24,000 bases of DNA. Origin: Acidimicrobiales bacterium (GTDB lineage Bacteria; Actinomycetota; Acidimicrobiia; Acidimicrobiales; RAAP-2). The translations under genes and the position numbers were made by a program. The notes under the pieces are model-generated. The model ran no database searches, had not been told where the DNA came from, and saw nothing but the letters and a program-made list of their open reading frames with translations. Below are positions 22,172-24,000 of the stretch, one piece after another; the stretch's first letter is position 1, and every line of letters begins with the position of its first letter. The stretch lies in assembly GCA_015478655.1 (NCBI GenBank), contig JADMIJ010000012.1, positions 25,947 through 49,946 on the forward strand. The letters run 5' to 3'.

Positions 22172-22215
22172 CGCCAACCATAGGCTTATTCCCCCAAATG
22201 TAATTGACCGTTCCG
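22172..22215. promoter_or_regulatory. 44-bp divergent intergenic spacer with two A/T boxes
   Basis: cttatt (22185-22190) is centred about 28 nt before the plus-strand ATG at 22216. aaatgtaatt (22196-22205) is centred about 29 nt before the minus-strand ATG at 22171. There is no Shine-Dalgarno sequence on either side. Confidence 0.4.
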
Positions 22216-23970
22216 ATGGCGACCGGCGAGCAAGTCGACGAGAGCATCTTCGAGGACCTGCCCGAGGGAGTGTCGAAGGGGCAGGCCAAGCAGGCGTGGA
22301 GGGCGAGGGAGCTGATCTGGCGCCTGACTTACGAGAAAACCCCGATGGCCGATATCGCACGGACGGTTCGGGCCCCCGCGACAGCGGTCGAGTGGGTGAT
22401 ACAGGGCCGTACCGGCCCGGCCGAGACGTCCCATACGTCCACGCCGGACGTGGGCGTGGGACATCCCACGCCCACGAGGGGCGTGGACGAGGGGGGAGAG
22501 ACCCCCCAGTCCACCGAGGTTCCCGAGGGGACCATGACGGGCGGGGGGAACCCCGCGGCGCCCGCCGCGAAGACGCCGTCCGGGGGAGGGGGGACGCCCC
22601 GCGACATACCGCCGGAGCAGCGCCAGCAGATGCAGGCCCAGCTCGAGTCGCTGAACCTGGGCGACGTCGGCGCCCCCTCCGGCCGCTCCGTCTTCGCGGG
22701 CGCGGTCGAGATGCCGGACATGTACGCCCGGCTCGCGGAGGTGTGCAAGCTGCTCGGCCTGCAGCCGGAGAAGGCGAAGGGCGTCGCGGTCGCCTTCGCG
22801 TACCAGGCGAAGCCGACGGACCTGAAGAAGCTCCACGAGATCATCATCGGCGTCGGCGCCCCGCCCGGGCAGGCCCGGACCATCGTCGACACGTACCGCT
22901 CGATGAACACGTCGCTCTTCGACGGCGGGGCCGCCCCGCCGGACGCGGGGACGGCGAGCCTCGAGGAGCTGGAGCGCCGGTTCGGGATCCGCCCCGCGGC
23001 GTCGGGGGCCGAGAGCGAGGTCGACCGGCTGGACCGGGAGGAGCGGCAGCTCCGCATCCAGGAGGTCAAGCTCGCCATCGAGGAGAAGCGGAAGTCGCTC
23101 GGCCTGGCGCCCGGCGCGGCCGCCGGGTCCGGCGACGAGGGCACGATCGAGGTGATGATCAACGTCAACGGCGTCCCGGTGCCGAAGCGCATCAAGGAGA
23201 GCGACCTGCCGAGGTGGCAGCCGTTCATGGCGAGGCCCCCCGGGCAGGCGGCCGACGCCGAGGTGCCGGCGTGGGCGAAAGCCCTGCAGGACCAGAACAA
23301 GCTACTACAGGACCGCCTCGAGCGGCAGGACCGCGAGCGGGACGAGGAGCGCCGGCGCCGCGAGGAGGAGGAGCGGCTCGACCGCCGGCTGTCCCCCCTC
23401 CTGGAGGAGGTCAAGGCGCTGCGCGCCGGGAACCCCCAGGACTCCGACGTCGTGCGGGAGCTCAAGGCCCTGCGCGAGGACCGGGAGCGGCGACGGGACG
23501 AGGACCTCAGGGGCTGGCAGGGCCGCATGGAGGACCTCGTGAAGACCGGCATGAGCGTCGACGCGGCGGAGCGGAAGGTCCGCGAGGAGGACGACCGTGC
23601 CGTGCGGCGCGGCTTCGTGCCGCGCGGGCAGGTCGGCCGCCTCGAGGAGGAGCAGGTGCAGTTGGAGGCCGAGCGCAAGGCGAACGAGATCCAGAACAAC
23701 GCCAAGGCCAAGGCGTACGACGTGGTGGCGGCACGCGTCGGCGAGCAGCCCCTGATGACGATGGCCCGCGAGGCGAGGCTGCCCCAGATCGCCGGCGAGG
23801 TGCTCAAGCAGCGGGTCGGCGGGGCGCCGGAGAACCAGGGCGAGCTCGTGGAGCAGAGCCCCGAGCACCTGCAGCGGGCCGCCGCCGAGCTCGAGGGCAT
23901 CGCGGGCGCCGGCCAGGCGACCGCCGGGCGGGCCCGGACGGAACAGACCGGGACGACGCAGGGCCGATGA
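22216..23970 (+). CDS. large protein with an N-terminal HTH-like segment and a long charged coiled-coil (584 aa)
   Basis: I prefer the ATG at 22216 over the track's TTG at 22204. TPMADIARTVRAPATAVEWVIQG is HTH-like. Long R/E/D-rich heptad-like stretches are present (QDRLERQDRERDEERRRREEEERLDRR...). The whole length reads in one clean frame. Confidence 0.65.
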   Translation: MATGEQVDESIFEDLPEGVSKGQAKQAWRARELIWRLTYEKTPMADIARTVRAPATAVEWVIQGRTGPAETSHTSTPDVGVGHPTPTRGVDEGGETPQSTEVPEGTMTGGGNPAAPAAKTPSGGGGTPRDIPPEQRQQMQAQLESLNLGDVGAPSGRSVFAGAVEMPDMYARLAEVCKLLGLQPEKAKGVAVAFAYQAKPTDLKKLHEIIIGVGAPPGQARTIVDTYRSMNTSLFDGGAAPPDAGTASLEELERRFGIRPAASGAESEVDRLDREERQLRIQEVKLAIEEKRKSLGLAPGAAAGSGDEGTIEVMINVNGVPVPKRIKESDLPRWQPFMARPPGQAADAEVPAWAKALQDQNKLLQDRLERQDRERDEERRRREEEERLDRRLSPLLEEVKALRAGNPQDSDVVRELKALREDRERRRDEDLRGWQGRMEDLVKTGMSVDAAERKVREEDDRAVRRGFVPRGQVGRLEEEQVQLEAERKANEIQNNAKAKAYDVVAARVGEQPLMTMAREARLPQIAGEVLKQRVGGAPENQGELVEQSPEHLQRAAAELEGIAGAGQATAGRARTEQTGTTQGR

Positions 23971-24000
23971 GCGCGATCGACCACCTGCGCCGGATCCGGG
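23967..24000 (+). CDS. 5' end of the next gene (MSAIDHLRRIR...), truncated by the window
   Basis: The ATG at 23967 overlaps TGA at 23968-23970 (ATGA), the same coupling pattern seen elsewhere. Confidence 0.35.
   Translation, partial: MSAIDHLRRIR

Overview
Strongly G+C-rich, almost gap-free, phage- or plasmid-like mobile element. I saw no rRNA, tRNA, CRISPR array, integrase, transposase, capsid or terminase. High G+C produces long shadow ORFs in nearly every frame. I therefore chose genes by peptide plausibility, G/C-biased third codon positions, recognisable motifs, and a recurring 4-nt NTGA stop/start overlap that fixes many start codons. The ORF track prints M for GTG and TTG starts.

Layout:
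- 1-487 (+): two small genes.
- 8848->495 (-): one long operon. In order: Vsr, C5-cytosine MTase, ASCH, N4/N6 MTase, radical-SAM enzyme, RusA, UbiA-type prenyltransferase, small membrane protein, 282-aa protein, small protein.
- 14892->9193 (-): replication operon. In order: HNH, prim-pol/D5-type helicase, AbrB-like protein, XPD/DinG-like Fe-S helicase, three tiny proteins.
- 14893-15322: divergent control region.
- 15323->20565 (+): RHH protein, RecT, free-standing HNH, about twelve tiny mostly Cys-rich ORFs, and a small DPPH methyltransferase.
- 22171->20336 (-): opposite-strand cassette ending in a geranylgeranyl-reductase-like flavoprotein.
- 22216-23970 (+): HTH plus coiled-coil protein.

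Most notable observations:
1. A radical-SAM enzyme is translationally coupled to a block of DNA methyltransferases, ASCH and Vsr.
2. Two isoprenoid-type enzymes (UbiA and GGR-like) sit in a mobile element.
3. The C5-MTase and ASCH genes have homology that hops between reading frames, while their neighbours are intact.
4. Perfect GC hairpins separate the two minus-strand operons.

All family assignments come from motif recognition by eye, not from database searches.
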